A stretch of DNA of 64,000 bases from Lytechinus pictus (lineage: Eukaryota): the NCBI RefSeq assembly GCF_037042905.1, contig NC_087251.1, positions 17,920,001 to 17,984,000 of the forward strand. Reading direction: 5' to 3'. Below the pieces are notes generated by a model. It searched no databases and was not told where the DNA came from. It worked only from the letters and a program-made list of their open reading frames with translations. A program made the position numbers and the translations under genes. How positions within the stretch are numbered: the first letter of the stretch is position 1; every line of letters starts with the position of its first letter. Shown one piece after another: positions 1-13,160 of this stretch.

Positions 1-1221
1 ATAAATCGTTCTAAGGGTAATGAACGAAGCTAATAAGAGAGCCGTAAACAAAATGATACAGCATATACGCTATTTTTGGAGTTTTCTGGAGAAACAGAGA
101 CACAACACACATTAGCTTCAGAAGGCTGATCGGTGAAATACATATCGGATGTATAACCGTTAATATTTTCATGAGTACCCAATCACGGCGTTACGCAACC
201 AATTACTACAGACTAGACAGCCTGCCGCAGCAGACAACCTTAATGTTTGGGAAATGACTATTGTAGGAAACTTTAAGCGTGACTTAGCGCAATTTCGACA
301 CTCGTCGTAATCAACTATTCCGACAATGAGAAAGAATCATAACGGCATAATGACACACGCACAAAGTGCATCCGGAAATAAATTAGGCCCGCAAAGTGCC
401 ACTGTAATTTCAAAGGGAAGTGGGTAAAATGGAATATGAGAGGGGGGTCGTATGATGAGGGGAAGCAAAATTTGTACCGCTGATTGGAATAACATTTTTA
501 TCATCATAATAACCTTTTAATCATCTTCATTATGTAATTGGGGAAGGAATTTTCCTTTGATTCGTAATCGAATGAATTTATTTGCTTTCTGGAACAGTGG
601 AGGCATACGGAATAATAGTACAAAAAAGTACACATAGTATATACAACTTCTCTTCTTCTTCCGATCATACCGGTGGCAAACGTGTGGAACATCACACATG
701 TCATTGAATCGCTGATAAATTCATCAATCGCCCTCTTTATCTCCCACACATGGGTAAAGTATGCAACACAATCAGCCTTTCATCTTCGCTATTCAATCAT
801 CTAGCTTCACATTTATAAGAGTCCTGGCAACCAGTCTGCTATCAGATAGGTGCAATAAGTTCACCCCACATCATGTGTGTGTAATAACCAAGAATATGGA
901 TATTTCTTAGGCATGTCTTATACCCCCTCCCCCTTCCCTCCTCTTTCTCTTAAGTCTTTTTTCTCAATCTTTTATAGGATTCCATTCTTTTTCACCGCCG
1001 AGCAGGCGATTTATGCCCAGCTTTTATAGTTTGGCCCAAGGGGTGTATTTCTAGCTGGTCGACCTTTGGCTGCACTTCACGCTTGCCAGCCAGACGAGCC
1101 CGCAAACCACCACCGTGTCGAATGATGGGCTCGTTTTCGACTGCATCATTTACAAGGTGCCTTCTAGATTACCACCAGCCAGGAAACGAGTTCACGATGA
1201 GGCGAGATTACCGCGGCATCG

Positions 1222-1715
1222 GGTGACGAAACGGTTGGTGTCACGGGAATCAACCAGAATGGACCATACTTTGTATGGGGGAGGGTGGTGACCAGCGGGT
1301 AGGGGCCAAAGGAATCACACTCATGAACGATATACAAGGGGGGCCGGGGGGTCAGGTGACGAACCGGTTGGTGTCACGGGAATCAACCAGAATGGACCAC
1401 TTTTTTATGGGGGAGGGTGGTGACCAGCGGGTAGGGGCCAAAGGAATCACACTCATGAACGATATACAAGGGGGGCCGGGGGGTCAGGTGACGAACCGGT
1501 TGGTGTCACGGGAATCAACCAGAATGGACCACTTTTTTTATGTGGGAGGGTGGTGACCAGCGGGTAGGGGCCAAGGGAAGCACACTCATGAACGATATAC
1601 AAAGGGGGTCGGGTGACGAATCGGTTGTCACGGGAATAAACCAGAATAATATTTTTTTATGGGGGAGGGGGGGGCAGCGGGTGGGGGGCAAGGGAGACAC
1701 GTGAAGTGATATACA
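1222..1715. repeat. G-rich minisatellite, 125-133-bp unit, about 3.8 copies
   Basis: GGTGACGAA unit starts at 1222, 1355, 1487 and 1612. Confidence 0.95.
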
Positions 1716-1832
1716 GGCGAAGCATATCACACTACGAAACCACTTTACGATGAGGTGATATTACCCCTGCGATGGCTGACGATGATTAGTAAGGACAGGA
1801 ATCGACCAGATTTTGCTGATTAATATAATATA

Positions 1833-1864
<32 letters not shown>

Positions 1865-1874
1865 TATATGTATA

Positions 1875-2113
1875 TAAATGTGTAAAGTTATACATGTACA
1901 ACAGCTTTGGCAACTCTTTTATTTAAATATTGTAAAGAAATGGATGAAGAGAACAATGGGAGGCGTAGCTTAAATCAAGGTACCCCAGAGCTATCTACCC
2001 TTTGGAAAAATTGGTGATGCCGAAAAAATGTCTCTGCCGGGAATCGAACCCGGGCCCCCAGCTTTGAACGCCGGTGCCTTAACCACTAGACCACAGAGAC
2101 GGGTTAGTGGCTA
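1875..2113 (-). mobile_element. (TA)n-flanked SINE-like element carrying the tRNA-like head
   Basis: tRNA head plus ~150-bp tail, between (TA)n tracts at ~1825-1875 and ~2114-2146. Confidence 0.5.
2029..2100 (-). tRNA. tRNA-like gene or SINE head, complete cloverleaf, anticodon TCA, short variable loop
   Basis: GTCTCTG TG GTCT AGTGGTTA AGGC A CCGGC GTTCAAA GCTGG GGGC CCGGG TTCGATT CCCGG CAGAGAC A, then TTTTTT. All four stems pair; A and B boxes are intact. Confidence 0.75.
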
Positions 2114-5100
2114 TTATATTATATGTATATATATATATATATATATAATCATTTACCATTTTCAAGGGTGGGAGGGTCCGTGTTCAGTGGGTTCTATGTA
2201 TGTGATGCAAGAAAATACATAAATTTGAAGAATGGGATTGTCATTGGGGTTACCGACCAAGTTCTCCTGCGTCAATAGGGAGGAAGATCGGGTTAGTTTA
2301 CCAGCATGATCAGTAAATCGAGAACATTGTGTCCGAAAAGAGGGGAGTCGTGATCATGAGCACCTTTTTTTAATCGAAATTAATATATAATTGTGCAGAA
2401 GTTTGAGGGACAGGGGAAAGTTTTATTATCACCCGATTACAATTCTTATTGTGGTAAATATAGTGGTAATGTATGTTTTATCGGTGATAATATAAGTTTG
2501 GCCGTTTTAAAATTTAATATCAGTAGCCTACTGCGAAATACTTTTTTTTATGAAACGTTCATATCATGTTCGTAAAAGTCCCCTTGGTCGAGCGTTTGAC
2601 CTTAATGGCCACCATTTTGAAATAAAAACGACAGGCATATAAACAGATCAACACAATCTCATCAACTGAACACATTTTTACTGCCACTTGTCTTTCCTTG
2701 TACACACTGAACAAAACAACCTCGAGGAGTTTAATTATGAACATACATCGTACAGACGCTGCCTGCATTGCTTTAACTGAATTAGACTGCTCATTATTAG
2801 CACGATATACCATAAAATAATAAAGCAAGAAAAGAAACATTATCTTCACTTTGGTTCCGCCACTGCAACACCACTCTTTTTTCCCTATCATCATGACAGA
2901 TCTCGCCCAAAGTAGTTAAACGACAAAAATGTATTGGATGTCAAGGAGACATCGCCACGGGCCTGAATCGAGCATGGAAATGCCAGGAAGTGTTGTACAT
3001 GACGGGATCATGCAGAAGGGGGTGGCGCCGCTTGTACCCGTCGGTCTTTTCAATCTAGGTCACGCGAACGGCTGATGAAACATCTCAAGACCGACCGACC
3101 ATCATCATGTGTAAATATAGCACCACACACCTGACAGGGAGATTAAACTGGATTTTGATACACTCACCAACAGGAAGGAATTCTGTTTGAGGAAGGGATT
3201 ACACTGAGAAACAATAAAGGGGTCTACATTTTGATTTGCACGAAATGTTCTCAGAACTTCGCTTATAAGACCGTAACATCCGTCATCCCCTCCCCGAACC
3301 GTTCATGGCCGTGGTTCATGGCAAGTGTTGGCAGCGACTTATTGTTTTTGTGCAAAATACATCTTAAATTTGTATCATGCAGGTTTTATGGGTTTTTTTC
3401 TTTGTACGCGCTTTGTTATACTGAATGACTTACAGCACATACATCTCATAATCATAATTTACATCATGGTTGTGCAATGTTGGATAATCATAAAGCTATG
3501 ACAAAGATAAGAATTAAAAGAACCATAAGCATCAGTCATGTAGATTGTATGTCATGTATTCGTAAACGATATTGTGGAAATAAGCATGATGGCAGCTTAT
3601 CCAGAAGTCAGTTACTGTCCTATCTTGAAACCCATGGCAGCATAATAGTCAAAGAGAGCTGGGAAGAGGCCATGTTTGCATTAAGTACTCAAAAGAAAAT
3701 TGTTTCCAAAACTAGCAGCATTTACAAATAATAAATCGGGATATTTTCAAAGAGCCACATATTTATCGGCAGAAGATATGAAAATGGCACAAAATCGAAT
3801 GCGTCGCAAATGAGATTCGTTGTTTCTCTCAGTCTTCCTATTCCTTTCTCTTTCTTTGAACAGAGAACAGAACGATTTTCCTCATGAAAAGACGAGTGAC
3901 ACTAGGGCAACCGCTCGTCCTTCAACGGGCAATGAAGGATACCCGTGACACTCAAAATGGTTCAAGATGATCACGCCCATCGGATGTCCATGGCTTTAGT
4001 ACCGTATCATAGTCCCTGCTCTAGTAACATCAATTATAATACATATCTCCTGTAAAAGGATATTCTTGCAGGATACAGAATGTACATTATAGACGTTTAT
4101 GACCTGCGTCCTAAATAGACAGGCAGGGAAGACAGTGGTGCTTATATTAGATTTGAGGGACAGGGCAAATTAACGGTGGCTCCTACATGTCCTATCAGCC
4201 ATGAAGAGGGAACGGAGTAACCAATACATCAGGCTAAGCTATTTTTCTGGGGGGGGGGGGGGTTCAGGAAAATAATTTCAATTCCTCATGGACGACCCAA
4301 TGAGACACATCTTATTACGGTCAACACGCCCAACCCTACTAGTCATCATACTTCAAGGAACCTTGGACGAAATGCAAACAAGTTCTGGCAAAGTTGAAAA
4401 GTATTGACCTCGACGTCGCCTGAACCAGACACACCTACAGATTTAAGTTGAAGGGGCCACAGTAACCAAAAACATCCTGCGATTTATATGTGGTCTCTAC
4501 AGTGTCTCAAGAATATCATTCATTTTGACTTGGAATCCAATATTATTATACTTGAAGAACATATTTTTCACTTCAATTTAATACAATAAAGGGTCGTACT
4601 TCAGAGAGGAAAAGTCATTACCAAGACCCTCCCCCCCCCAAAAAAAAAAAATGAATTGTCCAGCGATCATAGTCAAGGACTCATGGATGAAAAAAAATAT
4701 ATCGTAGAACTGCCTTTCAGTATTGGTCAGTTATGATGATACTTGTGCCTAAAAGTAACAGGTGAAAATGGAGACACAATGTCAAGGGATACACATGCAT
4801 ATTCTTAGCTTAAACAAGATTTTGATGAGCACTTTAAAACAAAAATTTTACAAACGTTTATCTTATTGGTTGATTATTTTATTCACTATTGGCATTCAAC
4901 GTGATATTTTGGTTATCTGAAACCTTGTATGCCTTTAAAACATTATTCCGAAAAGATTAGACCATGGTAAGGATGTTGAATAAGAGAATAAAACGTTATG
5001 CCCTAAAGGAATATTCATTATTGATACATAATAAAATCAAAATCTAAATTGGCAAATAAACAGCGTATTTGATAAGGCATACACCATGCATAAATAATGA

Positions 5101-6305
5101 TAACGATGAAATCATTTTTCTTCATCAATGAGTGAGATTTTTTTTCACAAATTTGATTGCACGGATATAACTATAACTTGAATGACAAAATGTGACTATA
5201 AATTTCGCATGAAATCATTTCGCTAGAATGGCATAACGTTACTCATGGCGACAAGGAAAAATGTGAATGAAAATTAGATTCAGAAATTATGTTACTTCCA
5301 TAATCTAGAATAAGCTAGTATTGCTTATCAGTAGGGATTATTTTGTATCCGTATATAGCTATTACTCATATGTCTGCGGATGATAATAGAAAAAACAGAA
5401 TTTTGATCAAATTTTAATAAACATGTGTGGAAGGGGAAGCGGGGAAATCAAATTTGAAAAAATAACCACTACTGAAAGAATCGTATACTAATCTATCATC
5501 ATCAGGCCATCGAAACATTGATTCTGATTCCGTTCATCTGACATCATACGCCCTAAAAATAGAGTAAGTTCGCGTAAACTTCCATGTTACAAGTCATGCT
5601 CTTAAAAATGTTGTTTTACAACTATTTTTTAATCCCGAAGAAAATTAATGAATAATCAATTTAGAAAAGCAAAACAGTAAACTAAATAAAAATGAAAAAT
5701 ATTACCTTAAAAGGTATAACGGCATCGTTACATTGAATATCATCAGCTTGAGTCTTTGACTGTGTAATCGAATAGTTCCTGTTCCGAAGGCAAAAATGCG
5801 ACATTATGCTCGTCTGTTTTATTATTACGATATCATGTTCGTCTACGATGCATATAAACCTAGAATAATGAGTTTATCCACTCTGACACTGTACAGAATT
5901 GTATATATATATTTCCGAGACACAAATGATTACAGAACGCCCGTAAAATTAGCGTTTTTCGGCCTATGAAATAGCCATGTCAAGGGTACCTTGGCAATAT
6001 TACGTTCAGTTGTACTGTCAATATGACATTAGTCTGTTACAGACCCCACCCCACCGAGCGACTGACCACCTTATTTTGTTTGAATGTTCTTACAATCCAT
6101 TCCACCCTCTCAATGATCTACCCCCCCCCAAAAAAAAAAAAGGACAAATGAATAAGAATTGTAATACCAATTGACGAAAATAGAAAATATTTGAGCATAA
6201 ACATAAACGGTATTTGTCATTGTGGCTGCGTGGCTAGTACTATCTAACGAAATAATAAATGTTAGGCCCATCAGTTAGCTGTATTAGTTCATGTATTTGG
6301 AACTA

Positions 6306-6523
6306 CACAGTAAACACGCTGTTTAAGATTTTATACAACGCTGTTTACTATATGAACCTTACAGTATTTGTTTAACCGTTTAAACAATCATCTTTAATTT
6401 ATTGAAAATTAGATATTGAAAATTAAACTTTGTTGCTTAAGATTTAAAAACTTGTTTAAACTGTTTAAACAATTACTGTAAGGTTCATATAGTAAACAGC
6501 GTTGTATAATTTTTTTTACTGTG
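6306..6523. mobile_element. Palindromic MITE, CAC...GTG termini, TA flanks
   Basis: TA|CACAGTAAA...TTTACTGTG|TA, with long internal inverted arms (atacaacgctgtttactatatgaaccttacagta and its reverse complement). Confidence 0.85.
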
Positions 6524-8524
6524 TATGGCACTTTTCTCTACAGGACGAATTGATGACGCTGTAAATATATTTGAAGCTTTTTTAAGGATGGGGAATACCA
6601 AACTACTTTATTCCGTTCACCATTCTTGTGTTATGTGATTTAAATAAATGAACTAAATACACTTCGTCTAGGCGCCAACAAGAAATCAAGAAATAATGTT
6701 GATGGATGACATATAGTTGGAAATGCAGCTGCCCCAGCAAAAAAAGAAAAAGAAAACAACAACAATGCAAAACAAAATCGGCCTTCCCAAACACTGCAGC
6801 ATCGCTTATTTTCAGCACACATGAGCTTTCTGGGTAATCAGCACATCCCATTAGTGTACTGTGCACGAACTCATGGATCAACGTCATATTAACCTTCCTG
6901 AACATCATTATCAATGACGAGCTCCCCACTGACTCGCTTCCCGTTGGTTTCGTGGTAAACATATTCAGGTAAAAGTCGATGGGGGTGGGGTGGTTATAAC
7001 GTGGGTCTAATACTAAGTTTCCGTGGTTAATGACAAGCCTTTTACTCAACTATGACTTTGCTTTTCCTTTAATGGAAATTCGTGTTTGTTTCGTTATTTG
7101 ACTCATGTTCTGATGACAAACTGGCATCAAGGACTTGATGCTTCACTATGGCAACAAAATTTGGCCAGTAATTTGGTAAAAACGTTCAATTTATGTACAT
7201 CGCGATATTTTGTATCTTCAGTCTAAATGCAGGATTTTGAATAAGCATTATGTGATCAAACATTATGTGGAACATAGGTGATCAAGGGCGAGGATGAGGA
7301 TCCTAATTTTACCAGAAAAAGGTTTGGTGTTTGAAACACTCTCTGGTGTACAGTGAACCACACCAAACAGTCATGTATAGGCCTTCACAAGATTCCTGGT
7401 GTTGGTTCTGAACAAAGAAATTACAAAAATAAAAGCTTTTTGGGGGCGTTTTAATGCCCTTTCATGGTTACAAACTCGCGAATGCGAATATAACAAAATG
7501 TGTGCGAGGTTCTCTTTTTAACAAAAACTTGTTCGTGGCACCTTAGTTGTAGAGTGTATTTGCAAGATGTGTGCAGCATGGTCAATTTCTAATCAGGCTT
7601 GTCCTCATCAGCCCCCCCCCCCAATATAGCTTGCCATCATGTCAGGGTTGTCGTCTTTGAGGCCCTCCCTGAATACATCTTTCCTCTCAGTCTTTCAGCA
7701 TACTCGTCGTCAATATATTTTGACAGCGACCTTTGCGCCTTTCGGTAAGGAACACCACCGTTCCTTGACTTCGATCAATGTCATGGCAAGAGACGAACTT
7801 TATAATCATATTGGGGTATGGAATCTGGACTTCGCCCCGTGACTAATTAAAACCATGTGAAAGCAACCCCTGTGAGGTAACACGCCTCTCGTGTACACCC
7901 GATAAGCGACGGCTATATTATCATCAAAGCGAGACTTCAATTTCAAAGCCCGCGTCGATATACACCGTTCAAAATAAAACCCACCGCTAAGTTGTTGAGT
8001 GTGACATCGTGGGGGTTATGACGTCACCCACGTCATTACGAGTCAGATGTAGTAATCATTGGTAATATCGACTACCATAGCATGACATCCAGGCACAAGC
8101 TCAATGGCAGCATTAACTCAAAGCATGACTCTAGATTCTTGATATGTGGGTTTGTCCAGTCTGATTGACTATATGATCGCACATCGAAAATTAATTTGAA
8201 GACAAATACAGCTTCTCGTACATAAAGCAATGAAATCCACAAATAACTCACGCTGTGCAACATACCAGGATCTAATTATCATGATTTCTACGCACATGTA
8301 AGAAACAAATTTCCGTCTACAAGTCATGATATGTCAAAAAAAGATATGTATATCAAGAATGGAGAACATTTTCCTCAAAGAATTGACCATGTCCTCCGAA
8401 AGTCATTACCATTAGCTCTTGCAGTTGCAATTGCAGGGCAACAATTTTCAACTTTTCGCTTTATAAATGAGTGTATGTCAGGTCAAAGCACTATACATGC
8501 TATATGTATATATATATATATATA

Positions 8525-8756
8525 TAAGAGAAACAAGGTTGAAACTTTCATGCTTTATTCCAACAAATTTTATTGAAGTCCACAAATTTTCGACGAGTAC
8601 ATACCGTCAAGTGAATGACTTTTGTCATTCACTTGATAAAGACGGATGTACTCGTCGAAATTTGTGGACTTCAATAAATTTTGTTGGATTAAAGCATGAA
8701 AGTTTTAACCTTGTTTCTCTTAATATTACTCCAATACGTGGAATATCTAACGAATC

Positions 8757-8760
<4 letters not shown>
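8525..8760. mobile_element. Fold-back element in (TA)n with hammerhead-like core; probable Penelope-like inverted pseudo-LTR remnant
   Basis: ~95-bp inverted arms 8525-8722 around a TTTT loop (8620-8623); TTGATAAA-GACG-N8-CGTC-GAAA at 8633-8660; AATAAA downstream; TA repeats on both sides. Confidence 0.6.
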
Positions 8761-8805
<45 letters not shown>

Positions 8806-10801
8806 TAGTCATGGTAATAGGAATACTAATTACTAAGAGACCTTGTAATAACACTGACTTAAAATAGAGTTTTGTATACGTGTTCAACAAATTAACATAT
8901 TTTAGATAATTATTTGTATACCCAAAGTATATTATACTGTATATTCCACATGATTAAAATCAACCCGTTTGTTTATATAGCACTCAACCGGCAGCATAAA
9001 ATCACTAATAATTTGTAACATTTTTTAAGTGACTTAAAATGAAGATTCGTACATTTTAAAATTGACCTTGAAAGACAATGTATATTTTCAATTGTGGCAT
9101 GAATATCACTGATATTCAGCATAAACTTCTTTGTATAGAATATGCATCTAAACATAAATTTGACTTTTGTTAAGGATCCTGAAGTGAATATGAACAGAAT
9201 CCAATAAAGTGACCACCCTAGTATTTTCCATTCACAATATTTTTTCTAAGCTCTGTCAGAACTTACGATTAGGGATGTTTGGTTTTGATTTTAATCCATC
9301 GTACCATGTGGCTATCGATCATTTCTCCTTCAATTTGATAATTCCACACCCATCATTAAAACTCTTCCAGGAGCACTCTTGTCTAGACAGGATATTAATT
9401 GAATTATGATTGCCGTGTGGCGACAGTGACTGAATGAACGAACATTCTGATAATAAAAATGACGTCATCTACACTCCCCTCGTCCCGTCTATCCAAACAG
9501 TACTACCTGTCCAAACAATAATAGTATCTGTCTGGCAGTACATGGATCTGCAGAGGAATGAAGATCGATTTTAAAAAAAAAAAGAGAGTTCAATTGTCAT
9601 TCGAGTTGGACGCGTAATGGAGTAAAAATAGCAATGACGACATTATCGAAAGCAGCAAACGATTTTGTAAGGAAAGAAGCAATGATCACGGATCAATCCG
9701 ATTCATCTTTACATTGCCATGGGGATGCATGTATTTTGTAACTGATCAAATTCGAGTCAGTCAGTGATTGAGGTGAATATATCTTATACAAAAAGCAATT
9801 TTCATAAAGGCCATGGACAAGATAATTATTTCAACCAATCATTTGGGGCAACCAAAAGACAAATATCAAACGATTACAAATAGCCAGCGTCAAATAATGC
9901 GTTGTAAAATACAAAACAAATCCAAAATGAAAATTTCACATGATAGAAGAAGTACTCAATCATCGCGTATATATACAGTATTTACCTTAACAAGATAATT
10001 AAAAAACTCGAACAAATATCTTTCTCGTAATCTCGTTGTCGAGACTAATAAGGTGCTCTACATTCTATTCAATGTAAATAGATGAATATAAGAATTTTAT
10101 TTTTCAAGTTTTTTAATACTTGTAGTCGATCACACTATTTGGTTACACGAATTAGTGGCAGATGTTTACTTTTATTTTACTTTTTTTTGTCAAACAATGC
10201 AAAGAGAAAACTATATGTTCAAATGTTGAACTGCGAATCACAGCTAAGAAATATCTCATGTGCCCCCCCCCCCCCCACGGTTCTATCAAATTATGAACAT
10301 TTTGTTTCTGTTTATAAACGATCTTAGTGAAGTATCTAAATTATCGCTTTGCATGTTTTCTGACATTATAATAATGTTCTTTTCCCATCCTAACTATCGC
10401 ATTTTACATATTAGAAAAGCTATATCAAACATTTATTAGATTTATCAACGAATTTCATCAAATTCATAATATAACAAGAAATGCGTATGGTTTTAATTTA
10501 CCAATTTAAAAACCTTATAAATCCAGACTAATTTAAATGACTACAAATCTGGTATTCCCTTTCTACTTATATTAATAGTTTTGTGGCACGTTTCTAGTAA
10601 AAATCACGGCACTATTTTTCAGGCATTCATTCATCATTATTTTTTTTATACATATGTTTAGGCACGCCTCTATATGTAGTTAAGCAAGTTATTTAATTTT
10701 TAAGTGTTCAGCAATGGTTGTTCATTACAAGCAGCTTCTCGTTATCTGATGTACGCTTTCTCGTTTCTTTTCTGAAAAAATGTACTCTTTAAAGCGTGTT
10801 G

Positions 10802-11020
10802 AACCGGTGTGCTGTCTCAACTGGTAGAGCGTCCGTCTCACAACCGGGAGGTCGGGAGTTCAAACCCCGGCCATTAATTTTGAGACCAAAAGACGACAAA
10901 CATCGATATGGCGCTGCACAGTGGCTTCCGGGCCCATGATCAATTGGGCAAAATTAAGTTTCGGAGTATTTCTGTTTCAGATTTCAATTTCGAACAATAA
11001 AATATGGATTTTAATTTTTA
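10802..11020 (+). mobile_element. tRNA-derived SINE
   Basis: A-box-like CTCAACTGGTAGAGC, B-box GAGTTCAAACC, acceptor stem not intact, AT-rich tail with AATAAA. Confidence 0.75.
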
Positions 11021-11976
11021 TATCATGATATATGTTTGTATTTGATGGATTTTCAATTGCAACTAAGTTAAATTTGAAAAATATTATACATTTCAAGGGT
11101 TTACGTAATCTGTTAAACTATAAATCAGTTAAATTAATCTTCACTATCTTCTTTTTTTGTGCTTTAATTCGATGATCAGATTCAGAATTCTGCTTAACAT
11201 ATATAAATCATATAACGGGTCAATTACATTTTGATGACTACTGTAGTATTATTATACTTACTACACATCTGATTATGAAGAGAATTTCGCGTCTCCCCAG
11301 GAAATGCATCTAGATCAAGTACGACCTGATCGGATGTACTGAGTCAGCTATCATGTAACATGAAACGTAAATAGGTAGGATAAGGTTTCATTGATATAGA
11401 TTGAGGAGGTCATTGGATTCAGGTAACACTCACTGTAATCTGTATTGCATAAAACACAACATCTGCCCACGCCTTTTAAACGATTATCTTAGCTCGTATA
11501 CGCACGAACGAAATAATCTCCAGCTCCACTCTAGCAAGCTATAATATTTGCATCTTTATATAATTTTGAAAGGTGAAATTCAGATTTATTAAATGTGTTG
11601 AACCAAAAAATTTGCAGAGGTAGGGCATATGCCTATTTTACATTAGCTCACACAAACTAATTAAATTATAACGTTTTAAAGAGGGGCAAGCTGGTAACTC
11701 TCTTTTACTCTTGTATAAAAATAAAAAAAAGGTTTGTCTGATTATCATGATGAAGAATCCAATGATATCCGAAAATGATTCGGTTTAAATAAATTGAATT
11801 AAGTTAACTCTAGCAATGTTTTGCAGGGATTTAAAGAAGGAACACAATCATGCAGTGGAAAAAAGAAAACCCAATGTGCTATAGAACGACGGTCATATAT
11901 TCGTGTAATGTGACCATTATTTATTGACCATCAATCCACTGTAATACGGATCACCACAGAAATGTATTGTCCACTA

Positions 11977-12209
11977 CACTCTAAAATTGGGTAAAAATGC
12001 TCCATGTGGGTATGTGTCCAACCAACATTAAGCATTTCTTTGAGACATTTTTATTTATCCAGTGATGAAAATTTTGCCCATTCTGAAGTAATTACTGCAT
12101 ATTTTTAACCTTACCGGACAAGATACTTCCCGCATTGAGTAAAATACTGCCCCAAATTGGTTGGACACATAATTAAAGTTAAAATTTTACCCAATATTTT
12201 CTTACAGTG
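11977..12209. mobile_element. MITE, CAC...GTG termini, TA flanks
   Basis: TA|CACTCTAAAATTGGGTAAAA...TTTTACCCAATATTTTCTTACAGTG|TA; internal inverted tatgtgtccaaccaa / ttggttggacacata. Confidence 0.75.
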
Positions 12210-12212
12210 TAA

Positions 12213-12876
12213 AGGCCCGGACCCACTGCACTTACGGATGCAAAGTGGATTTAAAACGGAAAAAATCTTGCAATTCGTTGGAAAACGCTATGCATCCGTT
12301 GTCGTTGCATACGTGTTTCATACGCTCTATCCATCGAGCATCCGTCCATTGTGATTTCATCTGCGCAAAAATATTTGACTTGCACAGAACTTTTAGAACG
12401 GATGTACTTTACGCCCTGTACAATGTAAATCCGCAACGTAAACGAGCAACAAACGTTCCATGTCCGTTATCATCCGTTAAGCGTTTGCTGTATCCTCTCT
12501 GCATACTCGCAACTCACATCCATGCAGCTGAACAACGGAAAGGGGGGAGATAAGGTACATGGAACGTATGGAACATCGTGAGAAGCACGGAAAAAGAAAG
12601 GATGTAAGCGTATATGCATCTCGTAAATAAAGTATTCAAAACCCTCGGCAACCCTCCGTAGCTGTCATGCACTTCCATCCGTGTTTATGCGATATTTGGT
12701 TTCCGATTAACATCCGCGCTACATACTACCAACGGTCGTCCTTTTCCGTTATGTTTTGGCAAAATTTTGGCTAATTTTGTCCATTTCTGGAGCGGATGAA
12801 AACGGATGGAGCTACCCCCTAAAATTTTGCTCGTCCTCTGTATCCTTTATGTCCGTCAGCCAGTGGAACCAGGCCT
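12213..12876. mobile_element. Non-autonomous PIF/Harbinger-like DNA transposon
   Basis: TAA|AGGCCCGGACCCACTG...CAGTGGAACCAGGCCT|TTA (TWA-type flanks), with many ACGGA/TCCGT internal motifs. Confidence 0.7.
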
Positions 12877-12894
12877 TTACATTCTGAGATTGTA

Positions 12895-13160
12895 ACCGGA
12901 CAAGTTGGCTCAGCGGTTTAAGCGTTCGCCTCATGAATGGGAGGCGAAATTATTACTTGTGGGAAACAAATAACTTCAAGATCGAGGGTTCAATCTCCGA
13001 CCGAATCAAACCAAAGACTTTTTAAAACATGGACCGTCTTCTTGTCGGGCGCTCGACGACTTAGAGTACAAGGGTTATAATAACATCAGGTTATGCAGGG
13101 CCCGCTGGGATACTACTTTTATAAAAGCTGTAGTCGATTAACAGAGCAAGCACGAATTAT
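12895..13160 (+). mobile_element. Decayed tRNA-derived SINE with an insertion in its head
   Basis: A-box TGGCTCAGCGG and B-box GGTTCAATCTC separated by an extra ~35 bp. Confidence 0.6.

Noticed and set aside
1275..1556. 93-aa ORF with an internal 44-aa repeat
   Set aside because: By-product of the 132-bp minisatellite.
6603..7049. 148-aa minus-strand ORF
   Set aside because: Non-ATG start, low-complexity A-run segment, no motifs or splice support.
10802..10873. Possible tRNA gene
   Set aside because: Acceptor and anticodon stems do not pair well and a SINE-like body follows; same for 12895, 38380 and 55073.
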